DNA of 64,000 nt from Solirubrobacterales bacterium (GCA_051306435.1 JBPPNF010000052.1:92921-156920), one strand, 5' to 3'. Counted from the stretch's first letter, positions 31,795 through 41,666 are shown. The notes: generated by a model from the sequence alone, not told the origin. Made by a program: numbers and translations.

Positions 31795-32541
31795 ATGAGC
31801 GACTCCGCAGCTGCCGGCCCCGCCGTGCAGAAGGGCACCTTGCCCGAGCAGCAGGTCCAGGCGATGTTCGACCGCATCGCCAAGCGTTACGACCTGATGA
31901 ACACCGTCATGACCGCCGGTCTGCACGACGAGTGGCGTCGCCGCGCCGTGCAGGTGGCCGGCGTCAAGCCCGGCGATCACGTTCTCGACGTGGCGACCGG
32001 CACCGGCGACATCGCCTTCGAACTGGCCAGGGCCGTCGCGCCGGGCGGCAGTGTGACAGGAGCGGACTTCTCTGAGGAGATGCTTGACGTCGCGCGCGAC
32101 AAGCAGGCGACGGCGCTCGCCGACTTCGACGCCGAGATCGTCTTCGAGCAGGGCAACGCGCTCGATCTGAAGTACGACGACGACACCTTCGACGCCGTGA
32201 CAGTCGGTTTCGGCGCGCGCAACTTCTCTGATCTATCGGCCGGTCTCACGGAGATGGCCCGCGTGGTGCGCCCCGGAGGCAAGTTCGTGATCCTCGAGAT
32301 CTCGCAGCCCCAGAAGGGTCCGCTCAGCTACTTCTACAAGGCCTGGTTTGACGGGCTGGTGCCGTTCATCGGCAAGTTCGCCGGCGAAGACTCCGCCTAC
32401 ACCTACCTGCCCAACTCGGTCAAGCGCTTCGCCAAGCCGGAGCAGCTCGCCGCCGTCCTGCACGAAGCGGGCACCGAGCAGGTCGGTTGGATCAGCCTCG
32501 CCGGCGGCATCATCACGATTCACCACGGCGTCGTCGCCTGA
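31795..32541 (+). CDS. menG: demethylmenaquinone methyltransferase
   Basis: FDRIAKRYDLMNTVMTAGLHDEWRR, VLDVATGTGD and RVVRPGGKFVILE. Confidence 0.92.
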   Translation: MSDSAAAGPAVQKGTLPEQQVQAMFDRIAKRYDLMNTVMTAGLHDEWRRRAVQVAGVKPGDHVLDVATGTGDIAFELARAVAPGGSVTGADFSEEMLDVARDKQATALADFDAEIVFEQGNALDLKYDDDTFDAVTVGFGARNFSDLSAGLTEMARVVRPGGKFVILEISQPQKGPLSYFYKAWFDGLVPFIGKFAGEDSAYTYLPNSVKRFAKPEQLAAVLHEAGTEQVGWISLAGGIITIHHGVVA

Positions 32542-32551
32542 GGCGGCCTCC

Positions 32552-33544
32552 GTGAGCGGCGACACGCGCGCATTCCAGGCTCTGGCCGCAACCGTCGGCG
32601 AGAGCATCACGTCGCGGCTCGTCGACGTCGAGCAACGCCTGACCGAGATCGTCGAGGCGCGCGAACCCGGCGCCACAGAGCCCGCGCTGGTCACGCTGAG
32701 TTCCGGTGGCAAGCGACTGCGTCCGCTGCTCGTTCTGACCTGCGGCGCAATCGATCACGCTGCGCCCGAGCAGGAGTCAGCGCTGATCAGCGCCGGCGCC
32801 GCCGTCGAGCTCATCCACATGGCCACGCTTGTGCACGACGACGTGCTCGACGACGCCGACCTGCGCCGCGGCAAGCCGACCGTCTTTGCCGAGCACGGTC
32901 GCGCTGCGGCGACGCAGACCGGAGACCTGCTCTTCGCGCTCGCATTCGTCGAGCTGACAGCGAGCGGCGATCGGGCTCAGGTGCGGACACTCTCGGACGC
33001 CTCCTCGGGTCTTGCCCAGGGCGAGCTGCTCCAGCGCGAGGATGCCTGGGACGCAACCGTCACGCGCGAGCGCTACATGCGCCGCTGCACGCTCAAGACC
33101 GCCCGGCTCTTTGAGGCCGCGGCCCAGCTCGGCGCGCACGCCGGCGGTCGCTCCGAGCTCGCCGAACAGTTCGGCTCATTCGGATCAAAGGTCGGACTGG
33201 CGTTTCAGCTCGCCGACGACGTGCTCGATGTCGTCGCCCCGACCGAGCAGACCGGCAAGACGCGCGGCGCGGACCTGCTCGACGGAACCGTCAATCTGCC
33301 GCTGATCGTCGCCGCCGAACGCGACCCGGCGCTGGCCGATCTCGATCTGCGCGCGATCCACACTCCCGAGCAGGCAGGCCACGTCTGCGACCGCATCGCC
33401 GCGACCGGAGCTCCTGACGAGGTACTCACGGAAGCCCGCGGCCTCGTTGAAGAGGCCAAAGGACTGCTCGGCCCCGAGCTCTCGCGCGCAGAGCGGCAGG
33501 TGCTCTCGTCGATCGCCGATCAGGCCGTCGGCCGCAACACCTGA
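32552..33544 (+). CDS. polyprenyl diphosphate synthase (long-chain, HepT/IspB-like)
   Basis: Contains both aspartate-rich motifs, LVHDDVLDDADLRRG and FQLADDVLD. The GTG at 32552 follows the SD GAGG. Confidence 0.9.
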   Translation: MSGDTRAFQALAATVGESITSRLVDVEQRLTEIVEAREPGATEPALVTLSSGGKRLRPLLVLTCGAIDHAAPEQESALISAGAAVELIHMATLVHDDVLDDADLRRGKPTVFAEHGRAAATQTGDLLFALAFVELTASGDRAQVRTLSDASSGLAQGELLQREDAWDATVTRERYMRRCTLKTARLFEAAAQLGAHAGGRSELAEQFGSFGSKVGLAFQLADDVLDVVAPTEQTGKTRGADLLDGTVNLPLIVAAERDPALADLDLRAIHTPEQAGHVCDRIAATGAPDEVLTEARGLVEEAKGLLGPELSRAERQVLSSIADQAVGRNT

Positions 33545-33566
33545 CGTCGCGTCGTCCCACGAAAAA

Positions 33567-33589
33567 GGGCCGGTCATCCGGACCGGCCC
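33567..33589. terminator. hairpin between convergent genes
   Basis: GGGCCGGTC-atccg-GACCGGCCC forms a 9-bp stem, preceded by AAAAA on the plus strand. It is therefore U-tailed for the minus-strand gene. Confidence 0.5.
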
Positions 33590-33641
33590 TGATTCAGATT
33601 CGTACTCCCCTGGGGGGGGTGTGGGTCGTACGAAGTGCTTT

Positions 33642-34010
33642 CTAGAAGTCCTCAGGCAGGATGTGCCCGCCGTCGAGGGCTCCGACGAAACTGTTGATCT
33701 CGGTCGCCATGTTGGCGTAAGTCAGGTTACGCAGGTCGCGCACGAGTGAGTCGGTGCCGCGGTCGAGCAGGCAGTCGAACTTCTCGATCAGTTCTTCGCT
33801 CATCACGCCCGGCGAGACTTCCTCGCAGTTGGGGCAACGGAGGGTGACCCGCCACAGTGTGCCTTCGGCCTGTTCCCAGTCGATCGGGTAGACCATGTCG
33901 CAGTCACAGTGGACACAGTTGGCAACATCGTCGAGACGGCTGGCGACGCGGTCTTCGACGCGCCGTGTGCGCTGCTCGCGCTTGCTGATCTTGTTGTTGT
34001 AAGGGTTCAC
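33642..34010 (-). CDS. hypothetical zinc-ribbon protein
   Basis: Contains CVHCDC...CPNC cysteine pairs and shows coding-like GC3. The longest ORF (to 34151) would overlap the dcd start, so the GTG at 34010 is preferred but uncertain. Confidence 0.55.
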   Translation of the reverse strand: MNPYNNKISKREQRTRRVEDRVASRLDDVANCVHCDCDMVYPIDWEQAEGTLWRVTLRCPNCEEVSPGVMSEELIEKFDCLLDRGTDSLVRDLRNLTYANMATEINSFVGALDGGHILPEDF

Positions 34011-34129
34011 GTGGTGTCTGCTCTTTGTGGGAGTGCCTTGCGGCTTCGCAGAGGTATCGGCTGGCTTGCGCGAAGGCTTTAGACCCGAATTTCTCCAATC
34101 GTCCAGTGGCTGCGTAGACTGACCGTTCG

Positions 34130-34696
34130 ATGGTTCTCTCTGACGGAACAATCAAGGCCGAGATCGAGGCGGGACGCATCGTCATTGATCCCTACGAGCC
34201 CGGCAACATCCAGCCCGCGAGCATTGACGTGCGCTGCGATCGCATGTTCCGTGTCTTCCACAACGGACGGCACCCCTACATCGATGTGCGCAAGCCGATG
34301 GACGATCTCACCGAGCGCGTAGAAGTCAGCGGCGACGAGCCGTTCATCCTTCACCCCGGTGAGTTCGTGCTCGGCCAGACGCTCGAACGCGTGTCCATCC
34401 CCGACGATCTCGTGGCCCGCCTCGAGGGCAAGAGTTCGCTCGGCCGACTGGGCCTGCTGATCCACTCGACGGCCGGCTTCATCGACAGCGGTTTCACCGG
34501 CAACATCACGCTCGAGCTGTCCAACGTGGCAAACCTGCCGATCACCATCTACCAGGGCATGCCGATCGGCCAGATCTCCTTCATGCGCCTCGATCGACCG
34601 GTCGAGAAGCCCTACGGCTCAGGCGAGCTGACCAGCAAGTACCAGGGCCAGGCCGAGCCCACGCCCAGCAGCTACCACCTCAACTTCTCCAAGTAG
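34130..34696 (+). CDS. dcd: dCTP deaminase
   Basis: [22 protein letters not shown]...QPASIDVR...[10 protein letters not shown]...[10 protein letters not shown]. Confidence 0.95.
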   Translation: MVLSDGTIKAEIEAGRIVIDPYEPGNIQPASIDVRCDRMFRVFHNGRHPYIDVRKPMDDLTERVEVSGDEPFILHPGEFVLGQTLERVSIPDDLVARLEGKSSLGRLGLLIHSTAGFIDSGFTGNITLELSNVANLPITIYQGMPIGQISFMRLDRPVEKPYGSGELTSKYQGQAEPTPSSYHLNFSK

Positions 34697-34721
34697 CCGC
34701 TCGAACGCGTAGGCTCAGACC

Positions 34722-34985
34722 ATGCCAGGAAACATCGGACTTCCAGAGATTGCGATCGTTCTCGTCATCGTGCTGATCATCTTCGGTCCCAAGCGTCTGC
34801 CGGAACTTGGCCAGTCGCTCGGCCGCGGCATCCGCGAGTTCAAGGGCTCGCTCGGTGGCGACCACGACGACAAGCCGATCGTGACCGAACTCGACGAGGG
34901 CGACAAGTCGAAGGCCGCAGAGCCGACCGTCACGGCCACACCCGTCGACTCCGAAAAGCCGCGGGAAACCTCGGCTGGTTCGTAG
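34722..34985 (+). CDS. tatA: twin-arginine translocase TatA/E
   Basis: [36 protein letters not shown]. Confidence 0.93.
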   Translation: MPGNIGLPEIAIVLVIVLIIFGPKRLPELGQSLGRGIREFKGSLGGDHDDKPIVTELDEGDKSKAAEPTVTATPVDSEKPRETSAGS

Positions 34986-35007
34986 CCCCGGCCCCGGAGC
35001 TTGATCC

Positions 35008-35793
35008 GTGGGCAAGATCAAACCGATCGCGCATGAAGATGAGCTGAGCCTCGTCGAGCACCTCGATGAGTTGCGCACGCGCCTGATCGTCACGATGTCC
35101 GCCTTCGGCGTCGTGCTCGCCGTCTGTTTCTGGCAGAACGAGAAGATTCTCGAGATCGTCAACGGCCCGTTGCCGGCGGGAACCAAGCCGGCGACGTTCG
35201 CCGTCTCCGAGGCCTTCATGTCGACCCTGACCGTGACCGGTTATGCCGCGCTGATCATCGTCAGCCCGCTGATCGTCTACCAGCTCTACGCATTCGTGGT
35301 TCCGGCCTTCAGCGAGGACGAGCAGCGCGTCGCCAAGCCGCTCGTGATCATCGCGCCGATCCTCTTCGTCGGAGGGTGCGTCTTCGGCTATTACGTCGTG
35401 TTGCCGGCAGCCGTGAACTTTCTGCTTGATTTCAACGCCGACCAGTTCAACATTCTGCTGCGGGCGACTGACTACTACAGCTTCTTCGGCCTGACGGTTC
35501 TGGCGATGGGCGCGCTCTTCGAGCTGCCGCTGGCGATCCTGATCGCCGCTCGGATGGGTCTCGTCACCTCTGATCAGCTGCGCGCCAACCGGCGCTACGC
35601 GGTGCTGATAATCGCGATCGTGGCGATGCTGCTCCCGGGTGTGGACCCGGTGTCGATGTTGATCGAGATGGTGCCGCTGCTAATTCTCTTCGAGCTGTCG
35701 ATCTGGCTGACCGTCTGGTTCGCCAAACCGGTGCAACACGAAGATGCCGTCAAGGCTGCAAATACGCACGAGCCGGACGCGGCGATGCGGTAG
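35008..35793 (+). CDS. tatC: twin-arginine translocase subunit TatC
   Basis: HLDELRTRLI plus six TM helices, in the canonical position after tatA. Confidence 0.93.
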   Translation: MGKIKPIAHEDELSLVEHLDELRTRLIVTMSAFGVVLAVCFWQNEKILEIVNGPLPAGTKPATFAVSEAFMSTLTVTGYAALIIVSPLIVYQLYAFVVPAFSEDEQRVAKPLVIIAPILFVGGCVFGYYVVLPAAVNFLLDFNADQFNILLRATDYYSFFGLTVLAMGALFELPLAILIAARMGLVTSDQLRANRRYAVLIIAIVAMLLPGVDPVSMLIEMVPLLILFELSIWLTVWFAKPVQHEDAVKAANTHEPDAAMR

Positions 35794-35807
35794 CTTCCCC
35801 CCGGGAA

Positions 35808-36569
35808 ATGCTGTTTGACCTACAGGGACCACGCAAGACCGCCGTCAAGGTGATCTACCTGGGCCTGGCCATCCTGATGGCCGGTGGTCTCGTGCTGTTC
35901 GGAATCGGCAGCAGCGTCAACGGTGGGCTCGCGAATGTCTTCAGCGGGAGCGACTCGGCGTCGGTCGCCAAGGACAACGTGAAGCAGTACGCCGAGCAGG
36001 TCCAGGCCGACCCGAAGAACGAGAAGGCGATCCAGAGCCTGATCGCCGCGCGCTACACGCTGGCCGGCGATCCCGAGAACTTCAATCCGGAGAAGAATGA
36101 GTTCACGGCCGAGGGCAAGGCTCAGCTCGAGTTGCTCAAGGACGACTGGGCCGCCTACCTCAAGCTGACTGACCAGAAGCCCGATCTCGCGACGGCGAAC
36201 TACGCCGTCAGCGCCTTCCTCGGACTCGAGGACGCCAAGGGTGCCACAGCCGCGCAGCAGATCATCACCGAGAAGCAGCCCAACGCTGCCAACTACCTGG
36301 CGCTGATGCTCTACGCCTCTTACGCCGGTGACACGCTCGTCGCCTCGGGAGCCGAAGTCCAGGCGACCAGGCTTGCGACCAAGGACGAGAAGAAGGACGT
36401 CGCCGAGCAGATCAAGGAGATCAAGCAGCAGATCGGCGACCGCAACGAGCAGATCCAGAAGCAGATCCAGGAGCAGTTCGCGCAGCAGTCACAGGGCGCG
36501 GCCGGCGGCGCACCGGCCAATCCGTTCGGCGGAATCGGTGGCACGGCCACCCAGACGCCCGGGCAGTAA
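35808..36569 (+). CDS. hypothetical membrane-anchored protein (helical/TPR-like ectodomain, Q/K-rich tail)
   Basis: A single N-terminal TM segment (VIYLGLAILMAGGLVLFGIG). The frame is coding-like. No family is recognised. Confidence 0.6.
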   Translation: MLFDLQGPRKTAVKVIYLGLAILMAGGLVLFGIGSSVNGGLANVFSGSDSASVAKDNVKQYAEQVQADPKNEKAIQSLIAARYTLAGDPENFNPEKNEFTAEGKAQLELLKDDWAAYLKLTDQKPDLATANYAVSAFLGLEDAKGATAAQQIITEKQPNAANYLALMLYASYAGDTLVASGAEVQATRLATKDEKKDVAEQIKEIKQQIGDRNEQIQKQIQEQFAQQSQGAAGGAPANPFGGIGGTATQTPGQ

Positions 36570-36596
36570 TTTCAGTCCAGTACCCTTAGTTTTCCC

Positions 36597-36669
<73 letters not shown>

Positions 36670-36774
36670 TTTTGTGCGCTGAGCGGCGCGTTGGACTGCG
36701 TCCTTCGGCGGCTCACGGCCGGTTGGCCGCTTCGCCACCTGCGTCCTTGCCAACCCACCGCTCAGCTCACAAAA
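36670..36774. repeat. 105-bp element with 17-bp terminal inverted repeats abutting the tRNA-Lys 3' end
   Basis: TTTTGTGCGCTGAGCGG (36670-36686) pairs with CCGCTCAGCTCACAAAA (36758-36774) with one mismatch. An internal direct repeat CTGCGTCCTT occurs at 36696 and 36739. Confidence 0.6.
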
Positions 36775-36784
36775 TGAGGCAAGG

Positions 36785-37600
36785 TTGACTGACGCGATCC
36801 AAAACGAACTAGCTGTACTTGATGGTCAGCTGATGCCGGTTGAGCAGGCGACCATCCCTGTCACGGACGATGGCTTCGTGCGCGGCGACGGTGTCTTTGA
36901 GGCGCTTCGCGTCTACGGCGGTCAGCAGTACGGCCTTTCTCGCCATATGGACCGGCTGGTTCTCTCGGCGGCGGGGATGCGGCTCCCGATCGATGCCGAC
37001 TCGATCAAGCGGGACGTTGCGACTTTGATTGAGGCGCGCGGCGAGGCTGACTATGCGATCCGCATCGTCTGCACGCGTGGCGGGCACACGGTCGTCAAGA
37101 GCGAGCCGCTGCACGACTTTCCCGAGTCGATCTCGCTCTGCTCGATCGACTACCGCACGACGATCGTGCTCGATGGTCTGAAGACGCTCTCTTATGGCGG
37201 CAATGTGCTCGCCAATCGTGTTGCGGTCGAGCGCGGATTCGACGAGTCGCTTCTGGTCACGCCGGAGGGCGATCTGCTCGAGGGACCGACCGCATCTCTG
37301 TTCTGGTCGCCCGACGGCGTCGGGCTCGTCACGCCGCCGCTCGAGGACGGGATCCTCGATTCGATCACGCGCGCGGTGTTGATCGAGAAGCTCGACGTTG
37401 ACGTTCGCTCGACGACGCTCGAAGAAGTGCTCGAGGCCGAGGAGGCATTTCTCTGCTCCTCGATCCGCGAGATCCAGGCGGTCAACAAGATCGACGATCA
37501 CGTGATGACCGCCCCGGGACCACTCACAGTCGCCGCAACGCAGCTCTACGCCGACGCGGTGCAGGCAAGACTCGCCGCCGCTGCCGCGAACATCTCCTAA
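36785..37600 (+). CDS. fold-type IV (class IV) aminotransferase / ADC-lyase-like protein
   Basis: The pattern ..DDGFVRGDGVFEALRVYGG...RHMDRLVLSA...GLKTLSYGGNVLA... is typical of the IlvE/PabC/Dat family. The start is TTG. Confidence 0.8.
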   Translation: MTDAIQNELAVLDGQLMPVEQATIPVTDDGFVRGDGVFEALRVYGGQQYGLSRHMDRLVLSAAGMRLPIDADSIKRDVATLIEARGEADYAIRIVCTRGGHTVVKSEPLHDFPESISLCSIDYRTTIVLDGLKTLSYGGNVLANRVAVERGFDESLLVTPEGDLLEGPTASLFWSPDGVGLVTPPLEDGILDSITRAVLIEKLDVDVRSTTLEEVLEAEEAFLCSSIREIQAVNKIDDHVMTAPGPLTVAATQLYADAVQARLAAAAANIS

Positions 37601-37639
37601 GACCTTCGCGCGCTCCGGCGCCGCGTCCGGAAAGCCCTC

Positions 37640-38725
37640 ATGCACGTACTCACCATTATTGGCAACCGTCCGCAGTTTGTGAAGCTGGCCGCCGTCAGCC
37701 CGCTGCTTCGCGCCCGCCACAGCGAGACGCTCATCCACACCGGCCAGCATCACGACCGCCAGCTCTCATCGGTCTTCTTTGAGCAGCTCGGCCTGCCCGA
37801 ACCAGACCACAATCTTGGCGTCGCCGGCGGGAGCAACTCGCAGCAGACCGCGCGCATGCTCGAAGCGCTCGAGCCGATCGTCGAGGATTCCGCGCCCGAC
37901 GTCGTGCTCGTCTACGGCGACACCAACTCCACCCTCGCGGGCGCGCTCGTCGCGGCCCAGCTGAAGGTTCCGCTCGCACACGTCGAGGCCGGCCTGCGCT
38001 CCTTCGACCGCGCGATGCCCGAAGAGGTCAACCGCGTCGTCTGCGACGCGCTGGCCGACCTGCTGCTCGCGCCCGGGCCGACCGCAGCCGAGAACCTTGC
38101 GCACGAAGGCGTCGCCGGAGAGGTCGTGATAACGGGCGACGTGATGGGCGACGTCGTGCTCGGACTCGGTCGCAGCGCTCCGATCGCCTTCGACGTCGTG
38201 CTCAACGGCTTCTACCTCGTGACCGCCCATCGCGCCGCCAACGTTGACGACCCCGAACGGCTCGCGCGACTGGTCGATCTGATCCTCTCGCTGACGCTGC
38301 CGGTGATCTTCCCGATCCACCCGCGCACCCGCGCGCGGCTCGAGCAGTTCGGCGAGCTCGAACGCCTCGAAGCCCACCCGACCGTCACGCTTTCCGATCC
38401 GCTTGACTACGCCGCGACGATCGCGTTGGCGGCCGAGGCGCGCGCCGTGCTGACCGACTCGGGCGGGTTGCAGAAGGAGGCCGTCTGGCTCGGCACCCAG
38501 TGCATCACGCTGCGCCCGAACACCGAATGGATTGAGACGCTCGACGGCGGCTGGAACACCGTCGTCGACCTCGACGCCGACCTCGCAGCCAAGGCGCTCC
38601 TCTCGCCTCCCCTCGGCGACGCTCCGAGGCTCTACAACGCCGGTGGCGCGGGCGCAGCGGTGGTTGCAGCCCTGGAGGCCCACTTCGCGCAAAGCGAGAC
38701 AACCGCGGGGGTAAAGTCAGCGTGA
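37640..38725 (+). CDS. wecB: UDP-N-acetylglucosamine 2-epimerase (non-hydrolysing)
   Basis: IIGNRPQFVKLAAV...HTGQHHD...VLVYGDTNSTLAGAL...HVEAGLRSFDR.MPEEVNR. Confidence 0.9.
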   Translation: MHVLTIIGNRPQFVKLAAVSPLLRARHSETLIHTGQHHDRQLSSVFFEQLGLPEPDHNLGVAGGSNSQQTARMLEALEPIVEDSAPDVVLVYGDTNSTLAGALVAAQLKVPLAHVEAGLRSFDRAMPEEVNRVVCDALADLLLAPGPTAAENLAHEGVAGEVVITGDVMGDVVLGLGRSAPIAFDVVLNGFYLVTAHRAANVDDPERLARLVDLILSLTLPVIFPIHPRTRARLEQFGELERLEAHPTVTLSDPLDYAATIALAAEARAVLTDSGGLQKEAVWLGTQCITLRPNTEWIETLDGGWNTVVDLDADLAAKALLSPPLGDAPRLYNAGGAGAAVVAALEAHFAQSETTAGVKSA

Positions 38726-40005
38726 TGACTGAATCCGGCGGACACCGCTTCCAGGCAGTCGGCGTGATCGGTCTCGGCTACGTCGGGCTGCCGCTCGCCG
38801 TCGCCTTTGCCGAGGCCGGCCTACGGGTCGTCGGCGTCGACGTCGACCAGTCCAAGCTGACCGAGCTGAACGCCGGACGCTCTTACATCGAGGACGTGCC
38901 CGGCAACCTGATCGCCGAGAACGACGACGCCTTCACCTGGACGAGCGACTACTCAGAACTCTCGGCGGTGGACGCCGTCGTGATCGCCGTGCCGACCCCG
39001 CTGACGCCCAATCGCGAGCCTGACCTCGGCGCGCTGGTCTCATCGGCGACCGCGCTCTCGCGTGTGCTGCGCGAGGGCCAGCTGGTCGTGCTCGAATCAA
39101 CGACCTATCCCGGCACCACGCGTGAGCGCCTCGTGCCGATGCTTGAAGAGTCCGGCCTGAAGGCCGGCGCCGACTTCTTCGTCGCCTTCTCGCCCGAGCG
39201 CATCGACCCCGGTCGCACCGACTTCACGCTGCGCACAACGCCCAAGGTCGTCGGCGGCGACGGCCCCGAGGCCGCAGCCCGCGCCAAGGACTTCTACTCG
39301 CTCGTCTGCGACACCGTCGTCGAGGTCTCCGGGCCCGAGGTCGCCGAGATGACCAAGCTGCTCGAGAACATCTATCGCGCCGTGAACATCGCGCTGGTCA
39401 ACGAGATGGCCGTGATCTCCGACCGCATGGGGATCGACATCTGGGAAGTCGTCGAAGCCGCCGCGACCAAGCCCTACGGATTCGCAAGCTTCAAGCCCGG
39501 CCCCGGCCTTGGCGGTCACTGTCTTCCCGTCGACCCGTTCTACCTCTCGTGGAAGGCGCGCGAGTACGGCGTCTCGGCCGAGTTCGTCGAACTCGCCGGT
39601 CGCACCAACACGAACATGCCGCGCTTCGCGACCGAGCGCGCGATGGAGACGCTGAACAAGGCCGGCGTCGCCACCTCGAACGCTGAGATCGCCGTGCTCG
39701 GGGTCTCCTACAAGCCCGACGTCGGCGACCTGCGCGAGTCGCCCGCGCTGGAAATCATGGAGCAGCTCGCCGCCCTCGGCGCGACGCTCAGCTATCACGA
39801 CGCGCACGTCGAGCAGCTCCCGTCCTTCGGCCTCTCCTCGGAGCCGCTGGATGAGATCCTCGCCCGGGCGGATCTCGCTCTGATCGTCACCGCCCACTCC
39901 GCAGTGGACTACGCCGAGGTCGTCGCGGGCGCCAAGCTGGTGCTCGACTTTCGTGGCGTCACACGTGGGCTCGACGTGGAGTCCGCGAAGGTCGTCAGGC
40001 TCTGA
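38722..40005 (+). CDS. UDP-N-acetyl-D-hexosamine (ManNAc/GlcNAc) dehydrogenase
   Basis: Rossmann motif VIGLGYVGLPLAVAFA. The catalytic Cys region is PGPGLGGHCLPVDP, which marks the nucleotide-sugar dehydrogenase family. Confidence 0.88.
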   Translation: MMTESGGHRFQAVGVIGLGYVGLPLAVAFAEAGLRVVGVDVDQSKLTELNAGRSYIEDVPGNLIAENDDAFTWTSDYSELSAVDAVVIAVPTPLTPNREPDLGALVSSATALSRVLREGQLVVLESTTYPGTTRERLVPMLEESGLKAGADFFVAFSPERIDPGRTDFTLRTTPKVVGGDGPEAAARAKDFYSLVCDTVVEVSGPEVAEMTKLLENIYRAVNIALVNEMAVISDRMGIDIWEVVEAAATKPYGFASFKPGPGLGGHCLPVDPFYLSWKAREYGVSAEFVELAGRTNTNMPRFATERAMETLNKAGVATSNAEIAVLGVSYKPDVGDLRESPALEIMEQLAALGATLSYHDAHVEQLPSFGLSSEPLDEILARADLALIVTAHSAVDYAEVVAGAKLVLDFRGVTRGLDVESAKVVRL

Positions 40006-40008
40006 CGC

Positions 40009-41019
40009 GTGAGCGACGCAGTATCAATCGGAGTTCTTGGCCTGGGCTACTGGGGTCCGAACCTCGCGCGCAACTTCGCCGGGCTGGAGGGCGCCGAAGT
40101 GGCCTGGCTGTGTGACGGCGACCAGGGAGCGCTCGATCGCCAGCGCTCGGCGCACCCGTCGGCAAAGCTGACCAGCGATTTCTCGGACCTGCTCGACGAC
40201 GACACACTCGACGCGGTCGTGATCGCCACGCCCGTGCCGGCCCACGCCGAACTCGCGATCCGCGCGATCGATGCCGGCAAACACGTATTCATTGAGAAGC
40301 CGATCGGTGCGACGCTCGCCGAAGCCGAGGCAGTCGCAGGTGCCGCGGCGGCCAGCGACCGCATCGTGATGGTCGACCACCTCCTCGAATACCACCCGGC
40401 CGTCATCAAGCTGCGGTCGTTGATCGAGGACGGCGAGCTCGGCGACGTCCGCTACGTCTACTCCACGCGCCTGAACCTCGGCAAGCTGCGCACCGACGAG
40501 AACGCGCTCTGGAGCCTCGGCCCGCACGACGTCTCGGTCGCACTCGCGCTGATCGATCAGGAGCCCGACGAGATCTACGCCCACGGTGAGTCCTACATGA
40601 ACGAGGGCGTCGAGGACGTCGTCTTCGGCTACATGCGGTTCCCGACCGGAGTCGCCGCGCACATTCACCTCTCCTGGCTCGACCCGCACAAGGAACGCCG
40701 TGTCACGGTGGTCGGATCGAAGCGCATGGCGACCTTCGACGACATGAGCATCGAGGGCAAGCTCACCATCTACGACAAGGGCTTCGACGAGAACTACGAG
40801 TCCTACGGCGAGTACCTCGCGCGATCAGGCGACATAACGATGCCACAGATCTCCAACGAAGAGCCGCTGCGAATCGTCTGCCGTCACTTCGTCGAGTGCA
40901 TCCAGACCGGTGCCACCCCGCGTACGGATGCCCGCTCAGGGCTGAGGACCGTGCGCGTGCTGGAAGAACTGCAGCACTCTTTGGATTCCTCCCGCGCGCG
41001 CGGGCGCGCCGACGTCTGA
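40009..41019 (+). CDS. Gfo/Idh/MocA-family oxidoreductase (WbpB-like)
   Basis: N-terminus IGVLGLGYWGPNLARNF, plus FIEKPI and the typical C-terminal dimerisation domain. Confidence 0.85.
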   Translation: MSDAVSIGVLGLGYWGPNLARNFAGLEGAEVAWLCDGDQGALDRQRSAHPSAKLTSDFSDLLDDDTLDAVVIATPVPAHAELAIRAIDAGKHVFIEKPIGATLAEAEAVAGAAAASDRIVMVDHLLEYHPAVIKLRSLIEDGELGDVRYVYSTRLNLGKLRTDENALWSLGPHDVSVALALIDQEPDEIYAHGESYMNEGVEDVVFGYMRFPTGVAAHIHLSWLDPHKERRVTVVGSKRMATFDDMSIEGKLTIYDKGFDENYESYGEYLARSGDITMPQISNEEPLRIVCRHFVECIQTGATPRTDARSGLRTVRVLEELQHSLDSSRARGRADV

Positions 41020-41666
41020 TGGTTTCCGCCGACGTCCAGATCGGCGAGGGAGTTGTGATCCATCCCGGGACCGTGATCGGTGAAGGCTGCATCCTTCAGG
41101 ACGGCGCAGTTGTCGGAAAGCCCGCCGTCCTGGGCAAGACCTCCACGGCCGCTGGCGACGCGGCCCCGGCTGTCCTGGGAGCCGGCGTCGCAGTCTGCGC
41201 CAACGCTGTTGTATTCGCCGGCGCGGAACTCGCAGACGGCGTGATCATCGGTGACCACGCGATCGTTCGTGAGCGCGCGACGATCGGTGAGCGCTCGATT
41301 GTGGGCGCAAACGTCGTCGTGGAGAACGACACGGTCGTCGGAAGCGGCGTCAAGATCCAGACCGGTGCGTACGTGACGGCGCACATGATCGTCGAGGACG
41401 ACGTCTTCATCGCCCCCGCGGTCGTCACCACGAACGACAACACGATGGGACGCCACGGCCCCGATCACAGCAACAAGGGCCCGATTTTCCGCCGCGGCTG
41501 CCGCGTCGGTGCGGCCGCTGTGATCCTTCCTGGCATCGAGATCGGGGAAGAGTCGTTTGTGGCCGCAGGAGCGCTTGTGACGCGGGATGTGGCCCCTGGA
41601 GTGCTCGTGATGGGCGCTCCGGCACGCGAAGTGCGTGCAACGGACGCTGCAGACACCACCTCCTGA
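41019..41666 (+). CDS. hexapeptide-repeat acetyltransferase (WbpD-like)
   Basis: The ATG overlaps the upstream stop (TGATG). Left-handed beta-helix repeats such as IGEGVVIHPGTVIGEGCILQDGAVVG are present. Confidence 0.85.
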   Translation: MVSADVQIGEGVVIHPGTVIGEGCILQDGAVVGKPAVLGKTSTAAGDAAPAVLGAGVAVCANAVVFAGAELADGVIIGDHAIVRERATIGERSIVGANVVVENDTVVGSGVKIQTGAYVTAHMIVEDDVFIAPAVVTTNDNTMGRHGPDHSNKGPIFRRGCRVGAAAVILPGIEIGEESFVAAGALVTRDVAPGVLVMGAPAREVRATDAADTTS

